A stretch of 64,000 nt of DNA from an uncultured candidate division Zixibacteria bacterium (GTDB taxonomy: Bacteria; Zixibacteria; MSB-5A5; UBA10806; 4484-95), in NCBI GenBank assembly GCA_963668625.2, contig CAXXKA010000006.1:224001-288000 (forward strand). The letters run 5' to 3'. The notes beneath the pieces are model-generated. The model saw nothing but the letters and a program-made list of their open reading frames with translations, was not told where the DNA came from and did no database searches. Of the stretch, positions 50,784 through 60,447 are shown one piece after another. Each line of letters begins with the position of its first letter. Position 1 is the stretch's first letter. Both the position numbers and the translations under genes were made by a program.

Positions 50784-51926
50784 ATGAGCGAGGTATTAGA
50801 TAAACTTAAAAACAACCGCGCGTTTTTATGCCTCGAGTGCGGCAAATGTACGGCGGTGTGTCCGATATCGAAATTCAATGACGGTTATTCTCCCAGGCGT
50901 CTTTTAGCCGAGGGCGTGTTTTACGATGCCGAGGATTTGACCTCGGATAACCTGCTCTGGTCATGTCTCACTTGCCGGCTCTGTTCACAGAGGTGTCCGG
51001 TTGATGTTCACTACTCCGAATACATGCGGGATATGCGAGAGCGGGCGGCGAAGCAAGGAAAAACCGGTAATCCATCCCATAGCGGCGCTCTTCAGTATGT
51101 GATGGAGATAGCCGCCTCGCCAAAGTTAAAACAAGATCGCACCGGCTGGATTTCCAATGAACTGAAAACGAAAAAGGCCAAAGGTGATTACCTGTATTTC
51201 GTAGGTTGCTTGCCATACTACCAGGATTTCTTCGGCAAAGAGTTCGAGTTCGAACCGTCAAGTATAGCCAGAGATACGGTGAAGATTCTTAATCATATCG
51301 GCATCGAGCCGGTGGTTATGGAGAACGAACGCTGTTGTGCCCACGATCTCTACTGGCTTGGGAAACTCGATACTTTCGATAAAGTGGCGAAACTCAATAT
51401 CGAGGCAATCGAGGAAACCGGGGCTAAAACGATAATCACTGCCTGTCCCGAATGTGCTTACACCTTGAAAAAACTTTACCCGGAGAGAATAGAAAGCATG
51501 AATGTCGAGGTGAAGCACATAACCGAGATCGTCGATGAAAACATCGAGAGTTTCAAATTCAAGGATACCGAATTAAAAATAGCCTACCAGGATCCCTGCC
51601 GCCTGGGGAGATATCTTGAAATCTATGAGCAGCCTCGTCACTCGATGACCTCGGTACCGGGGGTAGAGTTAAAAGAGATGCTCCATAATGGCAAGGGTTC
51701 GATATGCTGCGGTACGACCAACTGGACGAATTGCGATGCCGTTTCTCGCCGCATACAGCAGAGCAGACTGATTGAGGCGAAAAATGCCGGTGCTGATAAG
51801 CTTGTTACCGCCTGTCCGAAATGCCAGATTCATTTCCGCTGCTCGGAGCGTTGCGAGGAATCCGACAGGGTGGGGATTGAGATAACAGATTACGTGAACT
51901 TAATAGCCTCAGCTTTGGATGGCTGA
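50784..51926 (+). CDS. HdrD-like Fe-S oxidoreductase (2x[4Fe-4S] plus two CCG domains)
   Basis: CLECGKCTAVCP, CLTCRLCSQRCP, FVGC..CCA..CPEC, DPCRLGR..CCG..CPKC. Confidence 0.88.
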   Translation: MSEVLDKLKNNRAFLCLECGKCTAVCPISKFNDGYSPRRLLAEGVFYDAEDLTSDNLLWSCLTCRLCSQRCPVDVHYSEYMRDMRERAAKQGKTGNPSHSGALQYVMEIAASPKLKQDRTGWISNELKTKKAKGDYLYFVGCLPYYQDFFGKEFEFEPSSIARDTVKILNHIGIEPVVMENERCCAHDLYWLGKLDTFDKVAKLNIEAIEETGAKTIITACPECAYTLKKLYPERIESMNVEVKHITEIVDENIESFKFKDTELKIAYQDPCRLGRYLEIYEQPRHSMTSVPGVELKEMLHNGKGSICCGTTNWTNCDAVSRRIQQSRLIEAKNAGADKLVTACPKCQIHFRCSERCEESDRVGIEITDYVNLIASALDG

Positions 51927-51981
51927 TATAATGCTATGTTATGACAATAAAAGATGCCTGAGCTAATCCGGGAGATATATT

Positions 51982-54468
51982 ATGGCTGAAGCAGTAATTC
52001 CGGGAGAACAGTTGCGAATAGGCGTATTCGTTTGCGAGTGCGGGCTTAACATTGCCGGCACGGTCGACTGCGACGCCCTCAGCGAGTATTCGAAAACTCT
52101 GCCTGATGTCGTCGCGGTGGTGCAGAACAAATACACATGCGCTGATCCCGGGCAGAACGAGATCAAGAGGGCGATCAAGGAGCACAACCTCAACAGGGTC
52201 GTGGTTGCCTCCTGCACGCCGAAAATTCATGAACCCACGTTCCGGCAATGTGTCGCCGATGCCGGATTGAATCCTTACCTGTTCGAGATGGTCAACATTC
52301 GCGAGCATGTAAGCTGGGTTCACCAGAATCAGAAGGCGGAAGCCACCGAGAAAGCCAAAGACCTGATTCGCAGCGGCGTTGCCCGATCGCGTTTCCTCGA
52401 ACCGCAGACCGAGGCGGTGGTACCGGTGACCAAAGCGGCGCTTATTATCGGCGGAGGAATATCTGGTATACAGGCGGCGCTCGATCTTGCCGACGGCGGA
52501 CATAAAGTTTACCTGGTTGAGAAGGAGGCAACCATCGGTGGATTAATGGCGGCGCTCGATAAAACTTATCCGACGATGGACTGCTCCATATGAATACTCG
52601 GCCCTAAGATGATGGATGTCGGTCGACATCCGAACGTAGAGCTGATGTCATTCTCTGAGGTGGAAAATGTCTCCGGTTTCGTAGGCAATTTCCATGTCAC
52701 CGTCCGCAAAAAAGCGCGCTATGTAGATCCCACCGAGTGTACCTCGTGTGGTGAATGCGCCAAGGTCTGCCCTGTCAGCAAACCCGATGAATACCAGCAG
52801 GGATTCTCATCGCGCAAGGCTATATACCTGCCGTTCCCGCAGGCTGTCCCGTCCTCGTACATTCTCAATATGGATGACTGCCTGGGCAACAACCCAATCG
52901 CCTGCGGAAAGTGTATGGATGTTTGCGAAAAGAAATGTATCGATTATGACGACCAGGATAAGCTGGTGAATCTCGAGGTAGGCGTTATCATCGTAGCAAC
53001 CGGTATGGATGTCTACGATCCGACCGACTATGACGAGTACGGCTATACCCGTTACGAGAACGTAATAACCAGTATGGAGTTCGAACGCCTGATATGCGCC
53101 GGCGGCCCGACCGAGGGGCATTTCGTTCGTCCTACGGACCAGAACCTACCCAAGAGTATAGGCTTCATACAATGTGTCGGTTCGCGCTCCCGTGATGGTA
53201 GGGGAAATCCTTACTGTAGCAATATCTGCTGCATGAATACCGTTAAAGACACGCTTTTACTATGCGATCATTATCCCGGAGTCGAGGTGAAAGTGTTCTA
53301 CATGGATATTCGCGCGTTCGGTAAAGGATTCGAAGACCTGTACATGCGAAGCAAAGAGGAGGGTGTCAAATACATAAGAGGCATCCCCGGCGAGGTGGTC
53401 GAGAATCACGAATCGGGAAACCTGGTTATGACCGTAGAGAACACTACCACCGGCAAACTCGAACAGCATGATGTCGAGATGCTGGTGTTATCGCAGGGAG
53501 TTATACCTCGCCGTGATGGCGCGAGTATCAAGCAGTTATGCACTCTTTCCACCACCTCGGATGGCTTCATCATGGAATCGCATCCCAAGCTCAAACCTGT
53601 TGATGCTCCCACGAAAGGAGTATTCATCGCCGGCTGTGTGGAATCTCCCAAGGATGTTAAAGACAGCGTAACCCAGGCGAGTGCTGCCGCTGCCCGGGCC
53701 AGCATATTACTCAATAAGGGCCAAACCAAAATCGAGGCTATAACCTCGCAGATAAATCCGGAGGCCTGCAATCTTTGCGGTGTTTGCTCACGGGTTTGTC
53801 CGTACAATGCCATTTTAGCTCCCGATAAGAAAACCGGTAAGCTACCGGTTGTTATCTCGGCGGCTTGTGCCGGTTGTGGAGCATGCGCGGCCGAATGCCA
53901 GCAGGATGCTATCACCATGCGCCATTTCACGGATGACCAGTTAATGGCGCAGGTCGAGGCTATTCTCGATGTCGAGCCGCATAAGCAACTTGTCGTGTTC
54001 GCCTGTAACTGGTGCAGCTACGCCGGCGGCGATATGGCCGGTACCTCGCGTCTTCAGTACCCGGCCACCTGCCGTCTGATTCGTACCATGTGCTCGGGGC
54101 GGGTGGATGAAAAATTCGTGCTGCGTGCTTTCCAGCTTGGCGCACCGATGGTGTTGGTGTCGGGCTGTCATTTCTCTGACTGCCACTATATCAGCGCCGT
54201 ACACTGGACACAGAAACGCATGGATAGACTATGGAGCAAGCTCGATAAGCTGGGCATCCGTCCCGAGCGTTTACAGCTCGAGTGGATATCCGCCGCCGAG
54301 GGGCAGAAATTCGCCAAGGTGATGCGTGATATGGAGGATATGCTCAAAACCGTTACGATGGATGAAATTAAGCACACGATGAAAGCGCTCGATGAAGAGG
54401 AGAAGAAAGAGCTTGCGAAAAAGGCCAAGCAGGCCGAGAAACGTAATTCAGCGGAGGTGAGTACCTGA
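51982..54468 (+). CDS. hdrA: HdrA::MvhD fusion, probable selenoprotein (UGA = Sec204), 828 aa
   Basis: ORFs 51982-52593 and 52609-54468 are in frame across TGA 52591-52593 (DKTYPTMDCSI-U-ILGP); N-terminal CECG domain, FAD domain, ferredoxins, C-terminal FACNWCSYAG MvhD domain. Confidence 0.9.
52594..52631 (+). promoter_or_regulatory. Bacterial SECIS element of hdrA2
   Basis: GGATGTC-GGTC-GACATCC (52614-52631) starting 20 nt after UGA; one compensatory base-pair change relative to the hdrA1 hairpin. Confidence 0.8.
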
Positions 54469-54620
54469 TGGCGGCGCGTGAGGTTCTATTCAAATGCTTA
54501 AAATGCGGGTACGAGTACCCCGGCATGTTCGATATGGACAATGTCCAGGAACGCTCCTGTCCGAAATGTCGCTCCAACAGTGTGCGGCGTTTACCGATGC
54601 CGAAACCGGCTAAAAAATAA
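54468..54620 (+). CDS. Small zinc-ribbon/rubredoxin-like protein, 50 aa (below the ORF-track cutoff)
   Basis: MAAREVLFKCLKCGYEYPGMFDMDNVQERSCPKCRSNSVRRLPMPKPAKK; two CxxC; GGAGGT RBS; TGATG overlap with hdrA2. Confidence 0.85.
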   Translation: MAAREVLFKCLKCGYEYPGMFDMDNVQERSCPKCRSNSVRRLPMPKPAKK

Positions 54621-54642
54621 CTAAACAGACATTTTCTCCCTG

Positions 54643-54666
54643 GGCGTCCGTAATGGCGCCTTTTTT
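54643..54666 (+). terminator. Rho-independent terminator of the kor-hdr operon
   Basis: GGCGTC-CGTAAT-GGCGCC followed by T6. Confidence 0.75.
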
Positions 54667-55039
54667 GATGGTATAATTAATTTTATTGCAGTCATCTCTG
54701 AAAGCTTTTTTGTTAATCCTCTCCTGGCTTGCAAGCGCTGCTTGGAAAAGTTCTTACCCACCTATCGAATGCGTATTCTACCGGAAACCAGGCCATATTG
54801 CGAAATAGCGTTTCGCAACGGAACGGAAAGACCGGATAATAGTGATATCATATCTCATAATTATTTCATTGAACATTTTCCAATCTTGATATTATAATAA
54901 ATCAGGTCGCGGGGAGTTATCAGGGTTAATAAATCTTTTAATTGCGCTTATATTTTCATTACCTTTATATATGGGTAGGCCCGATGGAATATTTGGTGGG
55001 CGTGGCTCGTATTGTATAGTAAACCATAAGGAGGATAAT

Positions 55040-58000
55040 GTGTCTCATTTGGAAAATAACCCTGTCAGGGCGAGCCTGCTAGCCGGTGTGCTCGTGCTGC
55101 TGGTGATGGTGTCGGCAGCTATATTGACAGCCGATACCGATATCAATAAAACGGATCTGGATGTTAAAGTGGTGACTTTCTATCCTCGCGGAGTAGTTAG
55201 CGAGCCTACTAATATCACCGTTAAATTTTCCAACGATCTCGTGCCTGATGACTCGCTCAACGAATTAACCGCCAATCACCCGCTTATTATAGAGCCGCCG
55301 ATTTCGGGATTGGCGAAATGGATCGATAACGATAAGCTGAGATATTTTCCCGATGAGCCGTTTTTACCCTCGACAGAATATCAAGTGAAAATCGACACGA
55401 AACAATCCTATACCAACGGTAATCGGGTATCGGAGAAAAAGGAATTCGAGTTTCGGACTCCGGTATTCGTTATAGAAAGAATAAATTTCGATTTGATAAA
55501 TGTGCCCGAGAATAACAATTCGAATGCCCTGACATTCACGATTAGCGCTAATTATCCAATGGATGGCAAAGAGCTTATTAAACATTTCTCGGCCAAATTT
55601 CGCCGCAACGATCCAGATCTGAGTTTTGGGATTTACCGGGGAGATAAGACAAAAGAGGTGGTCATATCCTCAACGGCATTCAAAGCGAATGAAAGCCATG
55701 GCGATATCGATGTCACGGTGAAAAAAGGACTAAATTGCATAAACGGCAATATTCCTCTTCAAGCGGATTACGTGAAAAATATTTATATCCAAAAAGCGCG
55801 ACCATTTACTGTAAACGGCGTCTATCCCGAGGTCTCAGGAAAAGAAGGGCGTATCGTAATAGACCTGTCACATCCGGTATCATTTAAAGAGATCGAAGAA
55901 TTTATCACCATAACGCCCGCAGCCAACTTCGCCGTCGAGCAGCGATACCGGGGAATCGTATTAAACGGTAATTTTCAACCCGGTGAAATCTATACTGTTG
56001 ATATCAGCAAAGGACTTATTTCAGAGGATGGCCAGATATTAGAAAAGGAATTTTCCACGCAAATCCAGATGCCAGACCTTCAACCGTCGATTAAATTCTC
56101 GGACACCGGCTATTACCTTCCTAAAAACGGTAACAGGCTATTGGAAATCGAGACGGTTAATATGGATGAGATCAGTGTTGAGGTCGAACAGGTATTCGTC
56201 AATAATATCGTATATTATCTGACCGGCGGCAATGGCGACAATTATTACTATGGAAGCAGAAATAACAACAATCTTTCCCGTAAGATATTTTCGAAAGACT
56301 ATATCCTGGGTTCGCAACTTAACGAGCCTCTGCAATCGACATTCGATTTAGGCGAGATCGCAGGCGATAGCCTTCGGGGCATATACGTGGTTTCCATCCG
56401 CAAGAAAAACGAACGCTGGAATTACATGCAGCGCAATGTAATGATAACCGATATCGGCATTATCGCTAAAATGTCGGATGATTACCTGATGGTCTGGGCC
56501 AACTCGCTTTCGGGAGCAGAGCCGATAAAGCGCGCCCGGGTAAATTTGATCAGTAACAATAACCAAATATTGCTAGAGGGATATACGAACTCCGAAGGAG
56601 TTGCCGTGTTCGAAAATATCGCCGAAAAGCTGGGCGATTTCGAGCCGTTCGTGATCACGGCCACCAAAGACGGAGATCTATCGTACCTTAAATTTACCGA
56701 ATGCTTATTGCCCTCAGCCGAATTCGACATCCAGGGTAGACCTTTTCTGGCAAAAGGCTATGAAAGCCTCATCTATTCGGATAGAGGAGTATATCGCCCC
56801 GGTGAGACGGTGCATCTGGTGAATGTGGTAAGGGCGGTAAACGGCGAGTTGCCCAAAGAATTTCCCTATATATTATACATTGATGATCCGCAGGGGATGG
56901 AATACAAACGTTATAAACTTACGACAAAAGACGATGGTCTGGAGTCCGTCGATATCGATATGCCCTCATTCGCCAAAACCGGTTCTTACAAAGTCGCGGC
57001 TAAAATCGGGGATGAGGTTATAGGACAATATAGTTACCAGGTCGAGGAATTCATGCCTGATCGGATCAAGACCACTCTCACTATCGAGGGCGATGATTAT
57101 TCGGTTGGCGATGATATCGAAATTAAAGTGAACGGCACCTATCTGTTCGGTACTCCCTGTAAAGGTAATCGAGTCGTAAGTCAGGTTAAAATAGGGACCA
57201 GTAATTTCGGATCGGATAAATATCCCGACTACATATTCTCCGATAACTCCCGCAAGTTCACATCGATAACGAAAAACCTTCCCAACGAAATTCTCGATGA
57301 TCAGGGTAATCACTCGTATTATTACAGGGTGCCATCCAACCTGACACCGCCCTCGGCGTTGGAGATCATGGCCTCGGCAACCGTGCTGGAGGAAGGCGGT
57401 CGCGGTGTGAATGATTATGGCTCCGTCCCGGTTTATCCGTATCGAACTTATCTCGGTTTGCATCGAAATTTCAAAGGCTATGCCAGGGTAGGGGAGGATA
57501 TCACTTATTCGATTATCGCAATCGATAAAATGGATACTACATCGAAAATCGACATTGTTTGGGCGAAGTTCTACAAGATTATTTATCATAACGTTGTGAA
57601 AAAAGATAAAAACGGTATTTACCGCTATGTCTCGGAGGAGCAGGAACAGATTATTGATTCGGTCAAGATAAGTATTGATGGATCACCGGCGACTGCCAGT
57701 TTCACGCCTGGGAGTTATGGCTCGTATCGCTTGAGAGTCTCGAGTCCCGATACCGATCACAGGTCGGCAGATCAGTTCTATGCCTCCGGCTGGGGGTATT
57801 CGCCGTGGTCAATGAAAAATCCCGACAGGCTAGAGTTGGAGTTGGATAAGGACAATTATAAACCCGGCGATAAAGCTAAGTTGCTGGTGAAAGCGCCGTT
57901 CTCCGGCAGACTATTGCTCACTATCGAAAAAGATAAGGTACTCGAATACGAGACTTACGATCTGGATAGTAACACGGCCGAGGTCAAGCTCGATATCAAA

Positions 58001-60445
58001 AAAGAATACACGCCGAATATATACGTATCGGCTACACTCATTAAGGCAACCGGTTCCCTGGAAAGATTTTCGCCGGCGCGGGCGTTCGGTATCGTTCCTC
58101 TTACGGTGATCGACACCAGTAACAAGCTCGATATCAGTTTGACAACGCCTGGCGAGATAGAACCAAACAGGGAAATCGATATCGGCGTAAAAACCGAGCC
58201 TTTCAGCAAGTTGACAGTTGCCGTGGTGGACTATGGTATTCTCCAGTTAACTGGTTTCAAAACTCCCGACCCGTATGATTTCTTCTACGGCAAAAGGAGA
58301 CCATCCCTAAAACCCTACGATATCTACTCGTTCATATTCCCCGATATCGAACCGGCTCGATCGATATTGAGTGTTGCAGGTGGAGCTAGACTTAAAGTGA
58401 TGCTGGAAAGTCAGAAACGGCACGTTAGCCCTATCATATCCAAACGAGTCAAGCCGGTAGCTTTATGGTCGGGCCTAGTAACCAGCGATGACATCGGGCA
58501 AGCCTCGATCAAGTTCGATATCCCTCAATACAACGGCCTGCTAAAGGTGATGGCCGTTGGATTCAAAGATATCAGATGCGGCTCGGCCTCGGAGGAGATT
58601 ATCGTAAAGGATAAAATTCTTATCCAGGAGAGTTTGCCTCGTTTCGTTACCGGGGATGACGAGTTCAACGCTAGAATCGTGGTGTTTAACAATATCGGCG
58701 CTAATGAGGTCGTGACAGTGGAGATGTCCATAGATGGCCCGGCCGAGTTAATCTCCGGTAGCAGGGTACAGGAGCTCATACGGAATAACGAAAAAAGTGT
58801 AATTGATTATAAAATCAGGGCGAGCAAGCAGCCGGGCAATATCAAGTTCACTATTACGGCCTCGGCACACGATCAACGCTCAGAGCTGGTAGTCGATTTA
58901 CCTAACAGGCCGCCGCAGCCCTTAGCGATAGAACACGGCGCGGGCACGATAAAACAAGGTAAACCGGCAACGATAGAGATTCCCACGAACTGGCTCGAGG
59001 GTACTCAAAAATACCAGCTAAAATTAGCCTCGATGCCGGCGTTAAAATTCAAACGCAGCCTTCAATACCTTCTGCGGTACCCCTATGGCTGCGCCGAACA
59101 AACTACCTCCAAGCTATTTCCCATACTGTATTACGATGATATCGTGAAAATCGTCGAGCCGGGTTTGTTCGGGGGGAAAGGCGCGAGTTATTATATCGAG
59201 GAGGGGATAACCAAACTTACCGGAATGCAGAACTCCAAAGGAGGTTTCAATTACTGGCCCGGTGAATACCATCAGTATTACGCCTGGGCGAGCATCTACG
59301 CATCGCATTTTATGGTCGAGGCCAAGATCGCCGGATATTATATAAATGAAAAAGTGTACAAGAGGATGATTAAACATCTAAAAAAAGTAGCAAACGACTC
59401 CTCGCTGGAAAATAACTTCGGAGTTTACCGTATTTACGCCGCCTATGTGCTGGCTATTGCCAACGAATTGGATAACTCGACTCTCGCCGGATTGAAATAT
59501 ATCAATCTCGACAAGATACCTGTTTACGCCAAATTCATGTACGCCGGAGCTATCGCGAAAGTGAAGGGTCCCGATAAGGCATTGTGGCTTTTACCCACCC
59601 AAATCCATATGCAAAACGATGAGCCAACGGAAACGGGCGGCTTTTTCAACTCCTCGCTTAGAGCCAACGCGATTCTCCTCAATATCCTCCTGGATATTGC
59701 TCCCGATAATCCATCCGTGCCGGCTCTTATCGAATCCATATCGAACGAATTAACTTTCAGCAGATGGTACACTACACAGGCTACCGGTTGGGCGTTGATG
59801 GCCGTTGGTAAATATCTCGGTAAGCAGGAGAAAGCCGATTTCACCGGCGAGGTAAAACTTAACGGCGATCGGATTAGCACGTTCAACCAGGATGGTATAA
59901 CCCTGGCGCGGCCTGATCTGGGGGACGGCACTTTAGAGGTTGTGATATCGGGCAAGGGAAATTGCTACTATTACTGGCAATCGAGCGGAGTCAAGCAAAG
60001 TGGTTTAATAGATGAGTACGACGAGCGTTTGCGAGTGAGACGACAATACTTCACCAGCGATGGTCAGCCGATAGATTCCAGTACGCTCAAGCTTGGTGAT
60101 GAGGTTATGGTTAAAATAACGGCCCGTGCGCTGGATAAAGACCTGGAAAATGTCGTCATAAACGATCTTCTGCCTTCCTGTCTGGAAATCGAAAATACTC
60201 GATTGGATAATGTTCGCAAAAGTGATAAACTGGGACGGTCATCCACTGTTGACTATATGGATATTAGAGATGATCGCTTGCTGCTGTTTGCAAAAATAAG
60301 GGAATCCAATGATTTCAACTATTTTTATATGGCGCGCGTTATTTGCGCCGGAGAATTTACCGTGCCTCCGGTTGCCGCCGAATGCATGTATGATCCGTTG
60401 ATCAGGAGCGCCGGTTCATCCGGGAAAATGATGATAATCGAGTAG
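55040..60445 (+). CDS. Bacterial alpha-2-macroglobulin
   Basis: YSDRGVYRPGE, VEEFMPDR, LPRFV, thioester YPYGCAEQ, YTTQ, DIRDDR; GTG start after AAGGAGG; followed by pbpC. Confidence 0.93.
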   Translation: MSHLENNPVRASLLAGVLVLLVMVSAAILTADTDINKTDLDVKVVTFYPRGVVSEPTNITVKFSNDLVPDDSLNELTANHPLIIEPPISGLAKWIDNDKLRYFPDEPFLPSTEYQVKIDTKQSYTNGNRVSEKKEFEFRTPVFVIERINFDLINVPENNNSNALTFTISANYPMDGKELIKHFSAKFRRNDPDLSFGIYRGDKTKEVVISSTAFKANESHGDIDVTVKKGLNCINGNIPLQADYVKNIYIQKARPFTVNGVYPEVSGKEGRIVIDLSHPVSFKEIEEFITITPAANFAVEQRYRGIVLNGNFQPGEIYTVDISKGLISEDGQILEKEFSTQIQMPDLQPSIKFSDTGYYLPKNGNRLLEIETVNMDEISVEVEQVFVNNIVYYLTGGNGDNYYYGSRNNNNLSRKIFSKDYILGSQLNEPLQSTFDLGEIAGDSLRGIYVVSIRKKNERWNYMQRNVMITDIGIIAKMSDDYLMVWANSLSGAEPIKRARVNLISNNNQILLEGYTNSEGVAVFENIAEKLGDFEPFVITATKDGDLSYLKFTECLLPSAEFDIQGRPFLAKGYESLIYSDRGVYRPGETVHLVNVVRAVNGELPKEFPYILYIDDPQGMEYKRYKLTTKDDGLESVDIDMPSFAKTGSYKVAAKIGDEVIGQYSYQVEEFMPDRIKTTLTIEGDDYSVGDDIEIKVNGTYLFGTPCKGNRVVSQVKIGTSNFGSDKYPDYIFSDNSRKFTSITKNLPNEILDDQGNHSYYYRVPSNLTPPSALEIMASATVLEEGGRGVNDYGSVPVYPYRTYLGLHRNFKGYARVGEDITYSIIAIDKMDTTSKIDIVWAKFYKIIYHNVVKKDKNGIYRYVSEEQEQIIDSVKISIDGSPATASFTPGSYGSYRLRVSSPDTDHRSADQFYASGWGYSPWSMKNPDRLELELDKDNYKPGDKAKLLVKAPFSGRLLLTIEKDKVLEYETYDLDSNTAEVKLDIKKEYTPNIYVSATLIKATGSLERFSPARAFGIVPLTVIDTSNKLDISLTTPGEIEPNREIDIGVKTEPFSKLTVAVVDYGILQLTGFKTPDPYDFFYGKRRPSLKPYDIYSFIFPDIEPARSILSVAGGARLKVMLESQKRHVSPIISKRVKPVALWSGLVTSDDIGQASIKFDIPQYNGLLKVMAVGFKDIRCGSASEEIIVKDKILIQESLPRFVTGDDEFNARIVVFNNIGANEVVTVEMSIDGPAELISGSRVQELIRNNEKSVIDYKIRASKQPGNIKFTITASAHDQRSELVVDLPNRPPQPLAIEHGAGTIKQGKPATIEIPTNWLEGTQKYQLKLASMPALKFKRSLQYLLRYPYGCAEQTTSKLFPILYYDDIVKIVEPGLFGGKGASYYIEEGITKLTGMQNSKGGFNYWPGEYHQYYAWASIYASHFMVEAKIAGYYINEKVYKRMIKHLKKVANDSSLENNFGVYRIYAAYVLAIANELDNSTLAGLKYINLDKIPVYAKFMYAGAIAKVKGPDKALWLLPTQIHMQNDEPTETGGFFNSSLRANAILLNILLDIAPDNPSVPALIESISNELTFSRWYTTQATGWALMAVGKYLGKQEKADFTGEVKLNGDRISTFNQDGITLARPDLGDGTLEVVISGKGNCYYYWQSSGVKQSGLIDEYDERLRVRRQYFTSDGQPIDSSTLKLGDEVMVKITARALDKDLENVVINDLLPSCLEIENTRLDNVRKSDKLGRSSTVDYMDIRDDRLLLFAKIRESNDFNYFYMARVICAGEFTVPPVAAECMYDPLIRSAGSSGKMMIIE

Positions 60446-60447
60446 AG

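Noticed and set aside
44609-54470. Genome-wide UGA reassignment (code 4 or 25)
   Set aside because: TGA acts as a normal stop in coupled overlaps (44612, 45766, 54468) and Trp is encoded by TGG.
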